From an uncultured Pseudomonadota bacterium (GTDB taxonomy: Bacteria > Oederibacteriota > Muellerivitia > Muellerivitales > Muellerivitaceae): a DNA stretch of 64,000 nt. Positions 28,238-39,102 of this stretch are shown here, piece after piece. The notes under the pieces were generated by a model, which did no database searches, was not told the DNA's origin, and worked only from the letters and a program-made list of their open reading frames with translations. Location of the stretch: NCBI GenBank assembly GCA_963770835.1, contig CAVYRH010000011.1:96001-160000 (forward strand). Direction: 5' to 3'. The position numbers and the translations under genes were made by a program. The number at the start of each line of letters is the position of its first letter. Position 1 is the stretch's first letter.

Positions 28238-29203
28238 TTGATAAAACCTTTGATTTTGGCTATCTGTGTTCTGTTGGTGATTGGGGATTTGCGCGCGCAG
28301 GCGAATGTTTGGCAGCCGTCGCCGGGCCATCAGCAAATACCGATTTGGCCCGGGGCCGCGCCCAATGCGCAGCCTATCCCAGGGCCGGAATCTTGCACGG
28401 TCAGAAACGACTCCTTGGCCGCGGGCAAACCTTGGGTCGCGGTTTGCGACGTTTCACGGCCTACCATGACGGTTTATCCGCCCAAGGGTAAAAATAGAAA
28501 TGTGGCGGTCGTTGTGTTTCCCGGAGGAGGCTACAACGTCCTGGCCATTGACCTTGAAGGCACGGAAGTTTGCGATTGGCTGGCGTCCCGGGGCTTCACT
28601 GCGGTGTTGTTGAAATACCGCGTGCCGGGTTCGGGGCCGCATTATGACCCGCAACTGGACCGTCTCGTTGTTCCGAAAATTTTGACGGCGCTGGAAGACG
28701 CGCAAAGAACGGTGGGTTTGGTGCGTTCTCACGCCGCCGAATGGCATATTGACCCGCACAAGGTAGGAGTGCTTGGGTTTTCGGCCGGTGGGCACCTGGC
28801 GGCGGTCATCAGCACGCATTTTAAAAAGCGTTTGTATTCGGCCGTGGATGCGGCTGACGAAGAAAGCTGCCGCCCGGATTTTGCGGTGGTCCTCTATCCA
28901 GGGCATCTGTGGGTTCCTGGTAAAAAGCTTGGGTTGAACCTTGATATTCAAGCCAACATCACGCCCCAGACGTCGCCGACGTTTTTGTTGCAGGCGGAGG
29001 ATGACCCGGTGGACGATGTCAACAATTCCAAGGTTTACGGTATGGCGCTAAAGATGGCCGGGGTTCCCGTGGAGATGCATTTATATGCGCAGGGTGGGCA
29101 TGCGTTTGGACTACGGCGCACAAAGTTTCCCATTACGGGATGGCCTCAGTTGGTGGACGCGTGGCTGGGAACCATCGGGATAGTTTCGGAACAGGCGCCA
29201 TGA
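28238..29203 (+). CDS. Secreted alpha/beta hydrolase (esterase-like)
   Basis: FPGGGY, GFSAGG, DDPV, GGHAFG. Confidence 0.88.
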   Translation: MIKPLILAICVLLVIGDLRAQANVWQPSPGHQQIPIWPGAAPNAQPIPGPESCTVRNDSLAAGKPWVAVCDVSRPTMTVYPPKGKNRNVAVVVFPGGGYNVLAIDLEGTEVCDWLASRGFTAVLLKYRVPGSGPHYDPQLDRLVVPKILTALEDAQRTVGLVRSHAAEWHIDPHKVGVLGFSAGGHLAAVISTHFKKRLYSAVDAADEESCRPDFAVVLYPGHLWVPGKKLGLNLDIQANITPQTSPTFLLQAEDDPVDDVNNSKVYGMALKMAGVPVEMHLYAQGGHAFGLRRTKFPITGWPQLVDAWLGTIGIVSEQAP

Positions 29204-29221
29204 GCAGCAAACCGCGATACC

Positions 29222-29503
29222 TTATTGCCCATAGCGTCTTTTATGCCCGCATTCCCCACAAAATTTGAGGCCGGGATGGATTTCGTGCCCACACTTGTCG
29301 CACTTGACGATTTTCAAGGGGGTCTTAAAAAGCTTTCGGTAAACCAGCACTAAAATGACCGCGATCGCAATCCCCAAAAGCCTTGCCGCTTTATATCCTC
29401 CGGTGTATCCAAGCCCAATCGCCGAAAGACACAAAACCAATGCAACCATTCCTGCCAATACAATAAAGATTAATGTTTTTGGAAATGAAGGTTTAGATCC
29501 CAC
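29222..29503 (-). CDS. Membrane protein with zinc ribbon
   Basis: Two TM then CDKCG...FCGECG. Confidence 0.6.
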   Translation of the reverse strand: MGSKPSFPKTLIFIVLAGMVALVLCLSAIGLGYTGGYKAARLLGIAIAVILVLVYRKLFKTPLKIVKCDKCGHEIHPGLKFCGECGHKRRYGQ

Positions 29504-29571
29504 TCCATCAAATTCCTTTTAAGGGTTTGAACTTTATGAAAAGGGCAGCATTCCGTGTGATTTGTGAACCA

Positions 29572-29859
29572 TTAAAGTTGAGGCTTTTTTAACTTTTGAA
29601 TTATCAAAAATAATTTCTTTCTCGCCGAGTTAGCTGTAAGAACCAAAATACCCCAACTTCCGAACATTGCCGCAAGCCAAAAATGATCACGGCTTTTTAA
29701 CGGATCGATATCTTTAAAATCGAACGCGACAAAAAGATCGAGAATAATCACAAGAGGAAATCCAATCCCAATTAGTAAATAAAATATCCACTCATATTTT
29801 TCATAAAAAATCTTTAACCCGGATAATGCTTTTTCCTCTTTTTTATTCAATTTGCTCAT
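29572..29859 (-). CDS. Hypothetical membrane protein
   Basis: GGAGG RBS before ATG; two TM; AT-rich. Confidence 0.55.
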   Translation of the reverse strand: MSKLNKKEEKALSGLKIFYEKYEWIFYLLIGIGFPLVIILDLFVAFDFKDIDPLKSRDHFWLAAMFGSWGILVLTANSARKKLFLIIQKLKKPQL

Positions 29860-30310
29860 TTTGTACCTCCCGGGGTTGGTCTCCAATCAGTCCACCATAA
29901 CCTTTGAATTACCTTTATACCTTGATCGGGTGAAGCCCGATAATCAACAATGAAAACCCCCGACCCCGTGTTTTCAGCTTACGATTTGACTCAGGGAGCA
30001 TCAAAGGCGTTAAAATAAAGACAATTCAAAGAGGCGGGGAGAACGGCAATTTTGAATTCTGAATGTTGAATTTTGAATTAAAGGTTAAGCGGCGGATTGA
30101 CGCCCAACCCGGGAAGGTATTGAAATGAGTAAGAAATATATTTTTCTTATTTTATGTTTTTCATTTAGTTGTTTTTTTATCCAGGGCGTAGTTGCCCAAA
30201 CAAATGAAAACAGTATTACTTCTATCATTACAACCCTGCCAGACTTCAAAGGCACCATTGTTAATAAAATCGGAGGAAAATTATTTTTTGCCCAACTTAG
30301 TCCTCCCCTC

Positions 30311-31668
30311 CCCCCGCGTCAAGAATTTGGGTGTAACTTTCCACGGGCGCCTGGATCAAGCGGCTTGAGCCTCTGCCTCCTTTCTTGAGGTGTGGACTTT
30401 AAGCCTATCCCATCTTTCTTGCTGTGCTTGGGCTACTGCCCACACCAATTTAGTCAGTTCCAATTCATTCTGCATCATCCCCGCCGGCCTCAGCCTTCTC
30501 CTGAGCTCCAGGTTGAACCTTTCTATGAGGTTACTGGATCGGGTAATCATCCAGAACTTTGAATCTTCCCGGAAAAATCGGGTGTAGCAGTCAAATTTTT
30601 CCGCCGTCATCTCCACGGCTTTGGGGTACGTCTTGGACCACTTGGCTTTGAGGCTTCCCAAGGCCACCAAGGCTTCTTCCCGGTTCTTGGCCCAGTACAC
30701 TGCCTTGAAATCCGCCATGAAAGACTTTTGGTCCTTCCAGGCCACCCGGAAACGGACGTTCTTCATCTTGTGTACGACGCAAAGCTGGTGGGTGATCCCT
30801 AAACGCTTTTCCACCGCCGCGATAATCCCAGCATGTGCGTCGGACACCACCATCCTCAAACTTTTCCTGTCCAAGCCTCGGTTCAACAGGTCTTCCAGCA
30901 TGGCTTCCCAAGAAGCCTCACTCTCCCGGTCTCCCACTAAGTACCCCAGAAAATGCCTCTTCAGGTTCCCGTCAACCCCGATAGCCACCAGTAAGGCTTG
31001 TTTTTCCCCCGTCTCCTGACGCCTGACTGTCAGGTAAATGGCGTCCAGGTACAGGTATCGGATCCCTTCGGGTAAGGGCCGTTTCTCCCATTCCCGCAAC
31101 GTGGGTTCCAAGGCGTTGGTCATCTGACTGATGTGGCTGGCCGTCCATTTCGTTCCAAAGGCCTCGTTCATCCCTGCTGCTACCGACCGGGTGGAAGCCC
31201 CTTTCAGCCAGAAATTCATTCCCAGATAACCCATCAGGGCTTGGCTACCTTCCCTCAAAGCTTTCAAAGTCTCGGAAACGAACCCTTTGCCCTTCCTCAA
31301 GACCGGCTTTCTCAATTCCAACCGGCCTAGAAATCCCGGCACAAAAACTTGTTTGAAACCATTCCGGTAACGGGGTTTTTCCTGTCTCTCGTAGGGTTGG
31401 CTACCCAAGAACTCGTCCCGTTCTTTCTCCAATTGGGCATTGAAAGCCTCGGAAAGCTGCTGATTGAGAGCCTCCCCGACCCATTGGCCTATCTGTCGGC
31501 TTCCGACCGCCGACTTGACCATGGCTTGAGTTTTCTCCCTTGCCAAGGCCTGCAAGGCTAGGTGTATATTCTTCATGGGCGTAACGTCCTTTCACAAAAA
31601 GGATATGGTGTCGTGAACAAACACCATGTTACGCCCGCTTCTTTTTACACCCTCAAATTTTACGCGGC
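30311..31668 (-). mobile_element. IS256-family insertion sequence
   Basis: Imperfect IRs CCGCGTCAAGAATTTGGGTGTAA / TTACACCCTCAAATTTTACGCGG; flanking direct repeat CCTCCCCTC (30302-30310, 31669-31677). Confidence 0.88.
30356..31576 (-). CDS. IS256-family (Mutator-type DDE) transposase
   Basis: YRNG, YLYLDA, ES..SW, RGL, SDAH.G, Q.C.VH, N.IERFN.E.RRR. Confidence 0.93.
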   Translation of the reverse strand: MKNIHLALQALAREKTQAMVKSAVGSRQIGQWVGEALNQQLSEAFNAQLEKERDEFLGSQPYERQEKPRYRNGFKQVFVPGFLGRLELRKPVLRKGKGFVSETLKALREGSQALMGYLGMNFWLKGASTRSVAAGMNEAFGTKWTASHISQMTNALEPTLREWEKRPLPEGIRYLYLDAIYLTVRRQETGEKQALLVAIGVDGNLKRHFLGYLVGDRESEASWEAMLEDLLNRGLDRKSLRMVVSDAHAGIIAAVEKRLGITHQLCVVHKMKNVRFRVAWKDQKSFMADFKAVYWAKNREEALVALGSLKAKWSKTYPKAVEMTAEKFDCYTRFFREDSKFWMITRSSNLIERFNLELRRRLRPAGMMQNELELTKLVWAVAQAQQERWDRLKVHTSRKEAEAQAA

Positions 31669-32753
31669 CCTCCCCTCAATGGCCGTAAATTGGAATTCCA
31701 AACGATTTATTTCACCGACGGGAAAAATATAATTTATAAGAAATTCAATATTGATGTGAATTCATCATCGTTTATCCAAGCCTCAGGAGAAATATTCGCC
31801 CAATCCGAAAAATTTATTTTGGCGGTTATGGTAGGTTTGGATCAAACAACGAAACAATATGTTAGTAAAGGGTATGTGTTTAACTATTTTGGAAACATTG
31901 TATTGAAACTCACTGAAAAAGAACTGCAAAGAAAATCAACTTTTCTGAATGATGAGCAAAATCAAGTCTTGTTGGTTGATCCGGATGATGGGGAATTAAA
32001 AATTTTCAACTCAAAAGGTGAAATAGTCCGCCAGCGGTATTTTTCCGATCAAAATCCGGATCATTCGCCCGAAATGTTTAAACAGGTGGGCGATTGCGGA
32101 GTGATCGGCGGTTTTTGCGAGCCGCGCGAGAACCGATACAATGAGGGCTACATAGCGGTCACACGCAATCAAGGTTGCGGCCAGCGGGGCGAACGGCAAA
32201 GATTATTTAAAAACGAGCTGACATTACTGGATTTGGCGGGGGAACCTCTTTTTCAAAATCGAGCGCCCAATTCCATAACCGGAGTGCCTTTGAAAGTGTT
32301 CGAGGATTTAAAAGTAACCGTGGTCGCAGCCGGGGAGGATAGTGAAGCGATAACTGCGGGGCAGTACTACGGCCTCGATTTTCAGGGGAAGAAATTATGG
32401 GAGTACCATGGAGGTTTAATGATCGACCGTGGTGATTTAATGGTTGGCGGAATAAAAAAAGGATTTTTGAAACTCGTAAAACATGAAATTCATCCAATTT
32501 CTGAAGGAATGAATCTTAAACTAGGTGCTCCGATCCCAATCGGTGAAATGGTGAAGGATGTATACACTGGTCAGGTCATAAACTTAAAAACCGGCGAGGT
32601 GTCGTCGCCTGATTAAGACTTAGGATCGATTATTTGGAATTTCACGGTTCGCAGACATCTGAATCAAAAGCGAATAAGGTTCGTTGTTTTCGGCCAAAAA
32701 AGCCCATAACTTCCTTATAATCTTGCTTCCTCAAACCAACCCAGGAAGGCCCT

Positions 32754-35255
32754 ATGGAAGCCTATAACTTCACCGACATCGAACAGCGCTGGAAAAAGCA
32801 TTGGAAGGACAATGGCGTTTTTGCCTGCGACCTGTCCAAAACGGCCAACAAATACTACACGCTGGTCATGTTCCCTTACCCTTCCGGGGATTTCCTGCAC
32901 GCCGGGCACGGCCGCAACTACATCATCGGCGACGCGGTGTTCCGCTATTACCGGGCGCTGGGCCACAACGTGCTGAACCCCATGGGCTTCGACGCCTTCG
33001 GCCTGCCGGCGGAGAACGCCGCCATCCACAAGGGCATCCACCCCGAGGACTGGACCCTGAAGAACATCGAGCGCATGAAGGGCCAGTTTTACGACTGGGG
33101 CATGGGCTATGACTGGGACAAGGAGGTGGTTTCCTGCCTGCCGGACTACTACCGCTGGACCCAGTGGCTATTCCTGAGGCTCTACGAGAAGGGCCTGGCC
33201 TATCGCAAGAAGGCCTACGTGAACTGGTGCCCCAAGGACCTGACCGTGCTGGCCAACGAGCAGGTGGTGGACGGCGCCTGTGAGCGCTGCGGCACGCCCG
33301 TGGAACAGAAGGACCTGGAACAATGGTTTTTTAAGATCACGGCCTACGCCGACCGCCTCTTGAAAGACCTCGAGGGCCTGGAAAACTGGCCCGAGCGGGT
33401 GAAGACCATGCAAAAAAACTGGATCGGGAGAAGCGAGGGCGCGGAGGTGCAATTTAAGGTGGCGGGGAGCGGCCAGACCATTACGGTTTTCACCACCCGG
33501 CCCGACACGCTCTTCGGGGCTACCTATATGGTGCTGGCGCCGGAGCATCCCCTGGTGGCGGAAATGGTGAAGGGAACGGAAAAAGAGGCCGAGGTGAAGG
33601 CCTTCGTGGAGACGGTGAAAAAGCAAAGCGCCATGGATCGGGTTGGGGAAAACGCCGAAAAGCTGGGCCTGGACACGGGCGTCAAAGCCGTCAACCCGGT
33701 AAATGGGAAATCCATCCCCGTCTACATCGCCAATTACGTTTTGATGGAATACGGGACGGGGGCCATCATGGCCGTTCCGGCCCACGACACCCGCGACTTC
33801 GACTTCGCCCAGAAATACCATATCCACATCGTGCAGGTCATCGACCCGACCGACGAGGTCAAGCACGCCTGGAAAACCTCGGGGCATATTTATGATCCCC
33901 AGCTGGAAGCCTATACGGACGATGGGAAGCTGGTGAATTCCGAGTTCCTCAACGGCCTGGACGTGGACGCCGCCAAGAAAAAAATGGCCGCCTGGCTCGA
34001 GGAAAAAAAGCTGGGCCGCGGCGCGGTGACCTACCGGCTTCGGGACTGGCTGATTTCCCGCCAGCGTTATTGGGGCGCCCCCATCCCCATGATCCACTGC
34101 GATAAATGCGGCTGGGTGCCGGTGCCGGAAAAGGACCTGCCGGTGAGGCTGCCGCGCGACGTGGAATTCAAACCCACCGGCGAATCGCCCTTGAAAACCG
34201 TGCCGTCCTTCGTGAAGGCCGCCTGCCCGAAATGCGGCGGGGAAGCGCGCCGCGAGACCGACACCATGGACACCTTCGTGGATTCCAGCTGGTATTACCT
34301 GCGCTACGTTTCGGCCAAGGACTCGAAACAGGCTTTCGACCCCTCGGTGGCCAACCAGTGGCTGCCGGTGGACCAATATATCGGCGGGGTCGAGCACGCC
34401 ATCCTTCACTTGCTTTACTCGCGGTTCATCACCAAGGTCCTCAAGGACCAGGGGTTCATCGGCTTCGACGAGCCTTTCCGCCGCCTTTTCACCCAGGGCA
34501 TGATCACCAAGGGCGGGGTGAAGATGTCCAAGAGCAAGGGGAACTCGGTGCAGCCCGACGACCTCATCCAAAAATACGGCTCGGACACCTTCCGGCTTTA
34601 TACGCTTTTCATCGGGCCCCCGGAGCGGGACGCCGAATGGGACGACCGGGCCGTGGAAGGCGCCTTCCGTTTCTTGAACCGCGTTTGGAAACTTTTCCAG
34701 GAACTCCTGGAGAGGCATGATTTTTACACCTGCGGCTCGCTTCGGGCGGAGTCGGAAATGGACAAGGAAGTCCGCCGCAAAACCCATTTTACGATCCACA
34801 AAGTCACGCAGGACATGAACGGCGGGTTCAAGTTTAATACGGCCACCAGTGCTATGATGGAGCTCATCAACCTCCTCTATGACTACAAGGAGAAGCCGGA
34901 AGCGAAAACGGCCATCCTTCGGGAAGCCGTGGAAGCCCTGGTGAAGCTGCTGGGCCCTTTTACGCCCCATATCGCGGCGGAAATGTGGAGCCGGTTCGGG
35001 AATGGGGAACTGCTGGACGCGGGCTGGCCGAAGCATGACCCGGCCTTGATGAAGGCCGATGTGGTGGAAATCGCCATCCAGGTGAACGGAAAGGTCAGGA
35101 CCCGGGTGAGCGTTCCCGCGGGGCTGGAGGAAGCGGCCATCCGGGAGCTTCCCAAAACCAACGAGAAAATCGGGAAGTTCGTGGCGCCGGAGAGCATCCT
35201 GAAAGTGGTCTGGGTCAAGGACAAACTGGCCAACTACATCGTTAAAGGCAGCTGA
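32754..35255 (+). CDS. leuS: Leucine--tRNA ligase
   Basis: MFPYPSG..HAGH, TTRPDT, DWLISRQRYWG, KMSKS, QVNGK. Confidence 0.98.
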   Translation: MEAYNFTDIEQRWKKHWKDNGVFACDLSKTANKYYTLVMFPYPSGDFLHAGHGRNYIIGDAVFRYYRALGHNVLNPMGFDAFGLPAENAAIHKGIHPEDWTLKNIERMKGQFYDWGMGYDWDKEVVSCLPDYYRWTQWLFLRLYEKGLAYRKKAYVNWCPKDLTVLANEQVVDGACERCGTPVEQKDLEQWFFKITAYADRLLKDLEGLENWPERVKTMQKNWIGRSEGAEVQFKVAGSGQTITVFTTRPDTLFGATYMVLAPEHPLVAEMVKGTEKEAEVKAFVETVKKQSAMDRVGENAEKLGLDTGVKAVNPVNGKSIPVYIANYVLMEYGTGAIMAVPAHDTRDFDFAQKYHIHIVQVIDPTDEVKHAWKTSGHIYDPQLEAYTDDGKLVNSEFLNGLDVDAAKKKMAAWLEEKKLGRGAVTYRLRDWLISRQRYWGAPIPMIHCDKCGWVPVPEKDLPVRLPRDVEFKPTGESPLKTVPSFVKAACPKCGGEARRETDTMDTFVDSSWYYLRYVSAKDSKQAFDPSVANQWLPVDQYIGGVEHAILHLLYSRFITKVLKDQGFIGFDEPFRRLFTQGMITKGGVKMSKSKGNSVQPDDLIQKYGSDTFRLYTLFIGPPERDAEWDDRAVEGAFRFLNRVWKLFQELLERHDFYTCGSLRAESEMDKEVRRKTHFTIHKVTQDMNGGFKFNTATSAMMELINLLYDYKEKPEAKTAILREAVEALVKLLGPFTPHIAAEMWSRFGNGELLDAGWPKHDPALMKADVVEIAIQVNGKVRTRVSVPAGLEEAAIRELPKTNEKIGKFVAPESILKVVWVKDKLANYIVKGS

Positions 35256-35434
35256 CAGCTCACACCAACAGTTTGTTCAACTGTTGGTACAACCAAATCT
35301 CGCCGTTCGGCTGGTGGTCTCACGGCAGGTGGCAGTTCGCGGTTCACAGGTAACAGCTGAAAGAAAACGAAAAAATAAGAAAGTGTGAAAGGCTAAAAAA
35401 GGGATTAGGCACTTGACGTATTTTGCAGTAAAAA

Positions 35435-35525
35435 CCCTCGCCCCTTGGGGGAGAGGGTAGGGTGAGGGGTGTCGTTAGTCGTCAAATTCACCCTCATCCC
35501 GGCCTTCTCCCCTCAAGGGAGAAGG
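35435..35525. repeat. Inverted pair of REP-like hairpins
   Basis: CCCTCGCCCCTTGGGGGAGAGGGTAGGGTGAGGG and CCCTCATCCCGGCCTTCTCCCCTCAAGGGAGAAGG. Confidence 0.6.
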
Positions 35526-35611
35526 TGAAAAGAGAAGTCGACAGTCGGCAGCAAAACGAAAACCTCGCACGTCAAAAAGATGGGAAGTTTAGATGTGAAA
35601 AGGGGGAACTG

Positions 35612-36208
35612 ATGCTCTTTCAAATCATCTGCACCGGTATTTTCGGACTCTTCTTTTTGGCCATTTCCTCGAAGGGTTTTCTGACCCGGAAACCGGTTTT
35701 GCTTTCCAACCGTTGGTTTTTTGCCTTGTTCGTGACCCTGCTCTTTCCGCCCATCCTTTTCATCGGCTTTCATACCCATGGAATCCTCAGCCTGAATCTT
35801 ATGAACGGGGCGATGGGCGCCACCGTTTTGTTGGTCCTTTGGTATCTCTGGAAGTTTTATGTCAACGGATACTCGGTATTCGGGATTTCGGACAAGTCCT
35901 TCCGGAAAGCATTGCTTCAATCCCTCGGCCAAGTAAAATTGAAATACACCGAGGACATGATGGGTATCCATATTAAATCCTCCAATACAACCTTAAAGAC
36001 AAGCAACTTCATGGGAGTAGGACATATTCGGCCGGGGGGGAAGGGCGCCCCCGATTTGGTGAAAAGGCTGGGGCCGGTCCTCAAAAAAGAATTGGCGAAA
36101 ACGGGCGTTGAATTCGACATCAAGCCTTTTTTGTTTTATCTAGTCATCGGCTTGATGCTTTTACTGATAGCTTTTTTCCAGTGGTCTTTTCAACATAACT
36201 TAGGATGA
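35612..36208 (+). CDS. Hypothetical membrane protein
   Basis: AGGGGG RBS, four TM segments. Confidence 0.65.
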   Translation: MLFQIICTGIFGLFFLAISSKGFLTRKPVLLSNRWFFALFVTLLFPPILFIGFHTHGILSLNLMNGAMGATVLLVLWYLWKFYVNGYSVFGISDKSFRKALLQSLGQVKLKYTEDMMGIHIKSSNTTLKTSNFMGVGHIRPGGKGAPDLVKRLGPVLKKELAKTGVEFDIKPFLFYLVIGLMLLLIAFFQWSFQHNLG

Positions 36209-36240
36209 ATATAAAGACCGCGCCGTTCGAGAGGGGCAAA

Positions 36241-36762
36241 ATGGAAAATAAACGCTTCAAAATTCTGCGATGGGTGCCGATCACCGGACTGCTCTTGAGC
36301 ATGCTGGGCTGCCATCCGGCGGCCATGATTGTGCCGTCCTACATCCAAAACGTCGGCGTGGCGCTTTTCGAGAACAAGACCAGTTATTACGGCCTGGACA
36401 CGATCTTCACCCAGGCCACGATAAAGGAGTTCCAGCAGGACGGCCGCCTTCCCTATGTGGATTCAGCCGGGGCGGATTTGGTGGTGAAGGCCACCATCCG
36501 CCAGTTCGTCCTGGAACCCCAGATGTACGACCCGAACACCAATTACGTCCTCCAATACCGGGTGTCCGTCGTTTACGACCTGGCCGCCATCGACACCCAG
36601 GAAAAGAAAACCTTCGTCGAGGATACGGGCAAGATCCATAGCGAGTACTATTACACGGCCCAATACACCGGTGCCCCCTCGCAAACGCAGGACCAGGCGG
36701 TTTCCCAGCTGGCCGACGATACGGCCTATACCATCGTCCGAAGGGTGCTGGAAGGGTTCTGA
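36241..36762 (+). CDS. lptE: LptE-family lipoprotein
   Basis: Lipobox MLGC, FENKT, AD; position between leuS and holA. Confidence 0.7.
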   Translation: MENKRFKILRWVPITGLLLSMLGCHPAAMIVPSYIQNVGVALFENKTSYYGLDTIFTQATIKEFQQDGRLPYVDSAGADLVVKATIRQFVLEPQMYDPNTNYVLQYRVSVVYDLAAIDTQEKKTFVEDTGKIHSEYYYTAQYTGAPSQTQDQAVSQLADDTAYTIVRRVLEGF

Positions 36763-36882
36763 CCTTATTGGCTTCGCCAATAGGGAATTTTGAATTCTTA
36801 ATTTTTAATTTTAAATTAAAGGCTAGCGACCTTCAAAATGTTCAAATTCAAAATTCAAGCCTTGAAAGGCGCCGGATCCAAA

Positions 36883-37599
36883 ATGTTCCAATTTAAAATT
36901 CAAAATTTAAAACTCAAAATTTCGGCTTTGGCCGTCGTTTTTTTCATTTCGACAGCGGTCAAAGCCGATTTGGAGTGGATCACGGGGGGATTGCCGAAGA
37001 ACGGCACGGGCGGTTCCACCACCACCGTGGTCAAGGACGCTCCCTCCGACCAGTCCGCCAACCCGGCCCCCAACCAGGACATCATCGTCAGCCACATGAT
37101 CACCACGACGCGCATCTTCAACGACTACCCGGTGGACCCCGCCAATTATTTCTACTTGGACAAGAACAACCAGGTCTGTTATTTCGCTTATTTCCTCATC
37201 AAACCCTCCAGCCGCATCCACACGGCTTCCGTGGAATGTTTTTCGCCTACCAACCTGCGCATCGCGAAATTCGACCAGGAGTTCCAGGTGGGGTTTACCG
37301 ACCGGCTTTTAACGGTGCAAAACGAAACCTACCAATGGTTCCTGGTGACGGCCGTCTTGGGGTTGGACCATTTGCACTCCGAATACGGGCAAACCGGCCT
37401 GCCGAGGGACGTAGGGCTTTACACGATCCATTTGACGGTGGACGGGCAGCTCGTGGGTATCACCTTCTTTTACGTCAAAAGCGAAGCACCGAAGGCCCCC
37501 CCATCGGCCATCGCGACGATCCCACCGGCAGAAAAAACCGCCCCCATGCCCATGGCGACGCCCTTCTCCAACGTGCCGATTCCACAGGGTATTCAATAA
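36883..37599 (+). CDS. Hypothetical secreted protein
   Basis: Signal-like segment; start obscured by heptamer repeats. Confidence 0.6.
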   Translation: MFQFKIQNLKLKISALAVVFFISTAVKADLEWITGGLPKNGTGGSTTTVVKDAPSDQSANPAPNQDIIVSHMITTTRIFNDYPVDPANYFYLDKNNQVCYFAYFLIKPSSRIHTASVECFSPTNLRIAKFDQEFQVGFTDRLLTVQNETYQWFLVTAVLGLDHLHSEYGQTGLPRDVGLYTIHLTVDGQLVGITFFYVKSEAPKAPPSAIATIPPAEKTAPMPMATPFSNVPIPQGIQ

Positions 37600-38622
37600 A
37601 TGTACTTTGACGATTTCCTGGGGCGCCTTAAGGGCGACCTTCCCGGTTTGGTACTGCTTTTCGGCGATTCCGACGGTGTCATTTCCGAGGGCGCTAGGGC
37701 CCTGAAAGACAAATTCCGGCGGAAGATGCCGGATGGGACCATCCAGACTTTTGACGGCAATCACGACGGCCTGGGGGAAGTCCTCGCCGCGGCCCAAACC
37801 ATTTCGCTTTTTGCCTCCCCCCAGTTGCTGGTGGTCCAGCACGGCGAAAAGATACTCGGCGGGCATTCGGAAGCGGCCCTTCAACAGCTCAAGGATTATT
37901 TCGCCAATCCCAATTCCTCTTCCCACCTGGTTTTCCTGGCACCGGGCCTCCGCAAGACCGCCAAAGCGGTGGCCGCGGCCGAGCGGATGGGCTGGGCGGT
38001 GCAATGTTCCGATATGCCGGAATGGAAGCTGGCGGGTTGGCTGAAACAGCAAGCGCAGGGAAGGGGCCTGGCCTTGCCGGAGGAGGCGGCCCAGCTCCTG
38101 GTCCAAAAAATCGGCCCGGACATCGCCTACCTCCAAAGGGCCCTGGAACAACTAGCCGATTACGTTTATCCCGAAAAAACGGTAACCATCGAAACCGTGC
38201 GGGGACTTCCGGTGCCGGGAATCGAATCGGAGATTTTTCCACTCTTGGATGCCGTTGGAATGCGGCAGGCCGAAAAAGCGTTGGGGATGATGGGGCGTTT
38301 ACAGGACGGGGTGGATACGGGAACCATCATGCTGCTTTACGGCCGCATCCGGGAATTGCTGATGATCGCGCTGGGCCGGGCAGGGGGTTTGAGCCAGGCG
38401 ACCGCCGCGGAAAAATTGGGACTCCATCCCTTCCGCTTGAAGACCCTTTGGGACCAATCCTCCCAATTTTCCGTGGAGGAATTGAAAGGGGCCTTGATGG
38501 ACCTCATCCACCTCCAGGCGGGAGTGGTGACGGGCCGTTTGAGCCGGGGCGTTCCGGCCGTTTATTTGGAAATGTGGGTCTTAAAATGGGGAAGGAAAAG
38601 GCAGTCGGCAGTCCGCAGTTGA
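37600..38622 (+). CDS. holA: DNA polymerase III delta subunit
   Basis: LLFG, SLFA, ALEQL..Y, IF.L.DA, LGLHPF; leuS-lptE-holA-rpsT synteny. Confidence 0.88.
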   Translation: MYFDDFLGRLKGDLPGLVLLFGDSDGVISEGARALKDKFRRKMPDGTIQTFDGNHDGLGEVLAAAQTISLFASPQLLVVQHGEKILGGHSEAALQQLKDYFANPNSSSHLVFLAPGLRKTAKAVAAAERMGWAVQCSDMPEWKLAGWLKQQAQGRGLALPEEAAQLLVQKIGPDIAYLQRALEQLADYVYPEKTVTIETVRGLPVPGIESEIFPLLDAVGMRQAEKALGMMGRLQDGVDTGTIMLLYGRIRELLMIALGRAGGLSQATAAEKLGLHPFRLKTLWDQSSQFSVEELKGALMDLIHLQAGVVTGRLSRGVPAVYLEMWVLKWGRKRQSAVRS

Positions 38623-38699
38623 CAGTCGACTGGAAAGACAAAAGCCCTCGTTGGCCCTTGCCCTCGCATGACCGCCGACTGTGGACTGTCGACCGTGGA

Positions 38700-38960
38700 C
38701 TATTTCTTAAATTTTTTATGAACGAACGAAGAGAGGCGGGAAATATGGCGGGAGGCGTTGTTGCGCTTGATAATCCCGTGGGCACAGGCCTTGTCCAAAA
38801 CCTGCATGACATCCTTCAGCTTTTTGGCCGCTTCCTCGGCGGTCTTGGCCGCGAGAACGGCTTTCATGGCCGTGCGAACCCTATTCTTTTCCGCGGAATT
38901 CCGGATAGTGCGGCTTTTGGTGCGGCGAACGTCCTTGATCGACGACTTGATGATCGGCAT
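38700..38960 (-). CDS. rpsT: 30S ribosomal protein S20
   Basis: MPIIKSS.K, LDKA..HGIIKRNNASR..SRL. Confidence 0.95.
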   Translation of the reverse strand: MPIIKSSIKDVRRTKSRTIRNSAEKNRVRTAMKAVLAAKTAEEAAKKLKDVMQVLDKACAHGIIKRNNASRHISRLSSFVHKKFKK

Positions 38961-39102
38961 GAATCCTCCAATTTCAAAATAAGTTTTGAGTTCTCAGTTC
39001 TAAGTTTCGAGTTGAGGAAGTTTTTGAACCTGAGGTTCAAAAACACTGTTTTTCCTGAAAAACGGAGGCTTATCGTAAACGAAGGGAAAGGCACTGTCAA
39101 TC

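Larger units (their letters stand above)
30125..32616 (+). pseudogene. Secreted protein gene interrupted by IS256-family element
   Basis: 30125-30310 joins 31678-32616 in frame once the IS and one target copy are removed. Confidence 0.8.

Noticed and set aside
19953..35036. Long antisense ORFs opposite recN and leuS (also otsA)
   Set aside because: Expected shadow frames in GC-rich coding sequence.
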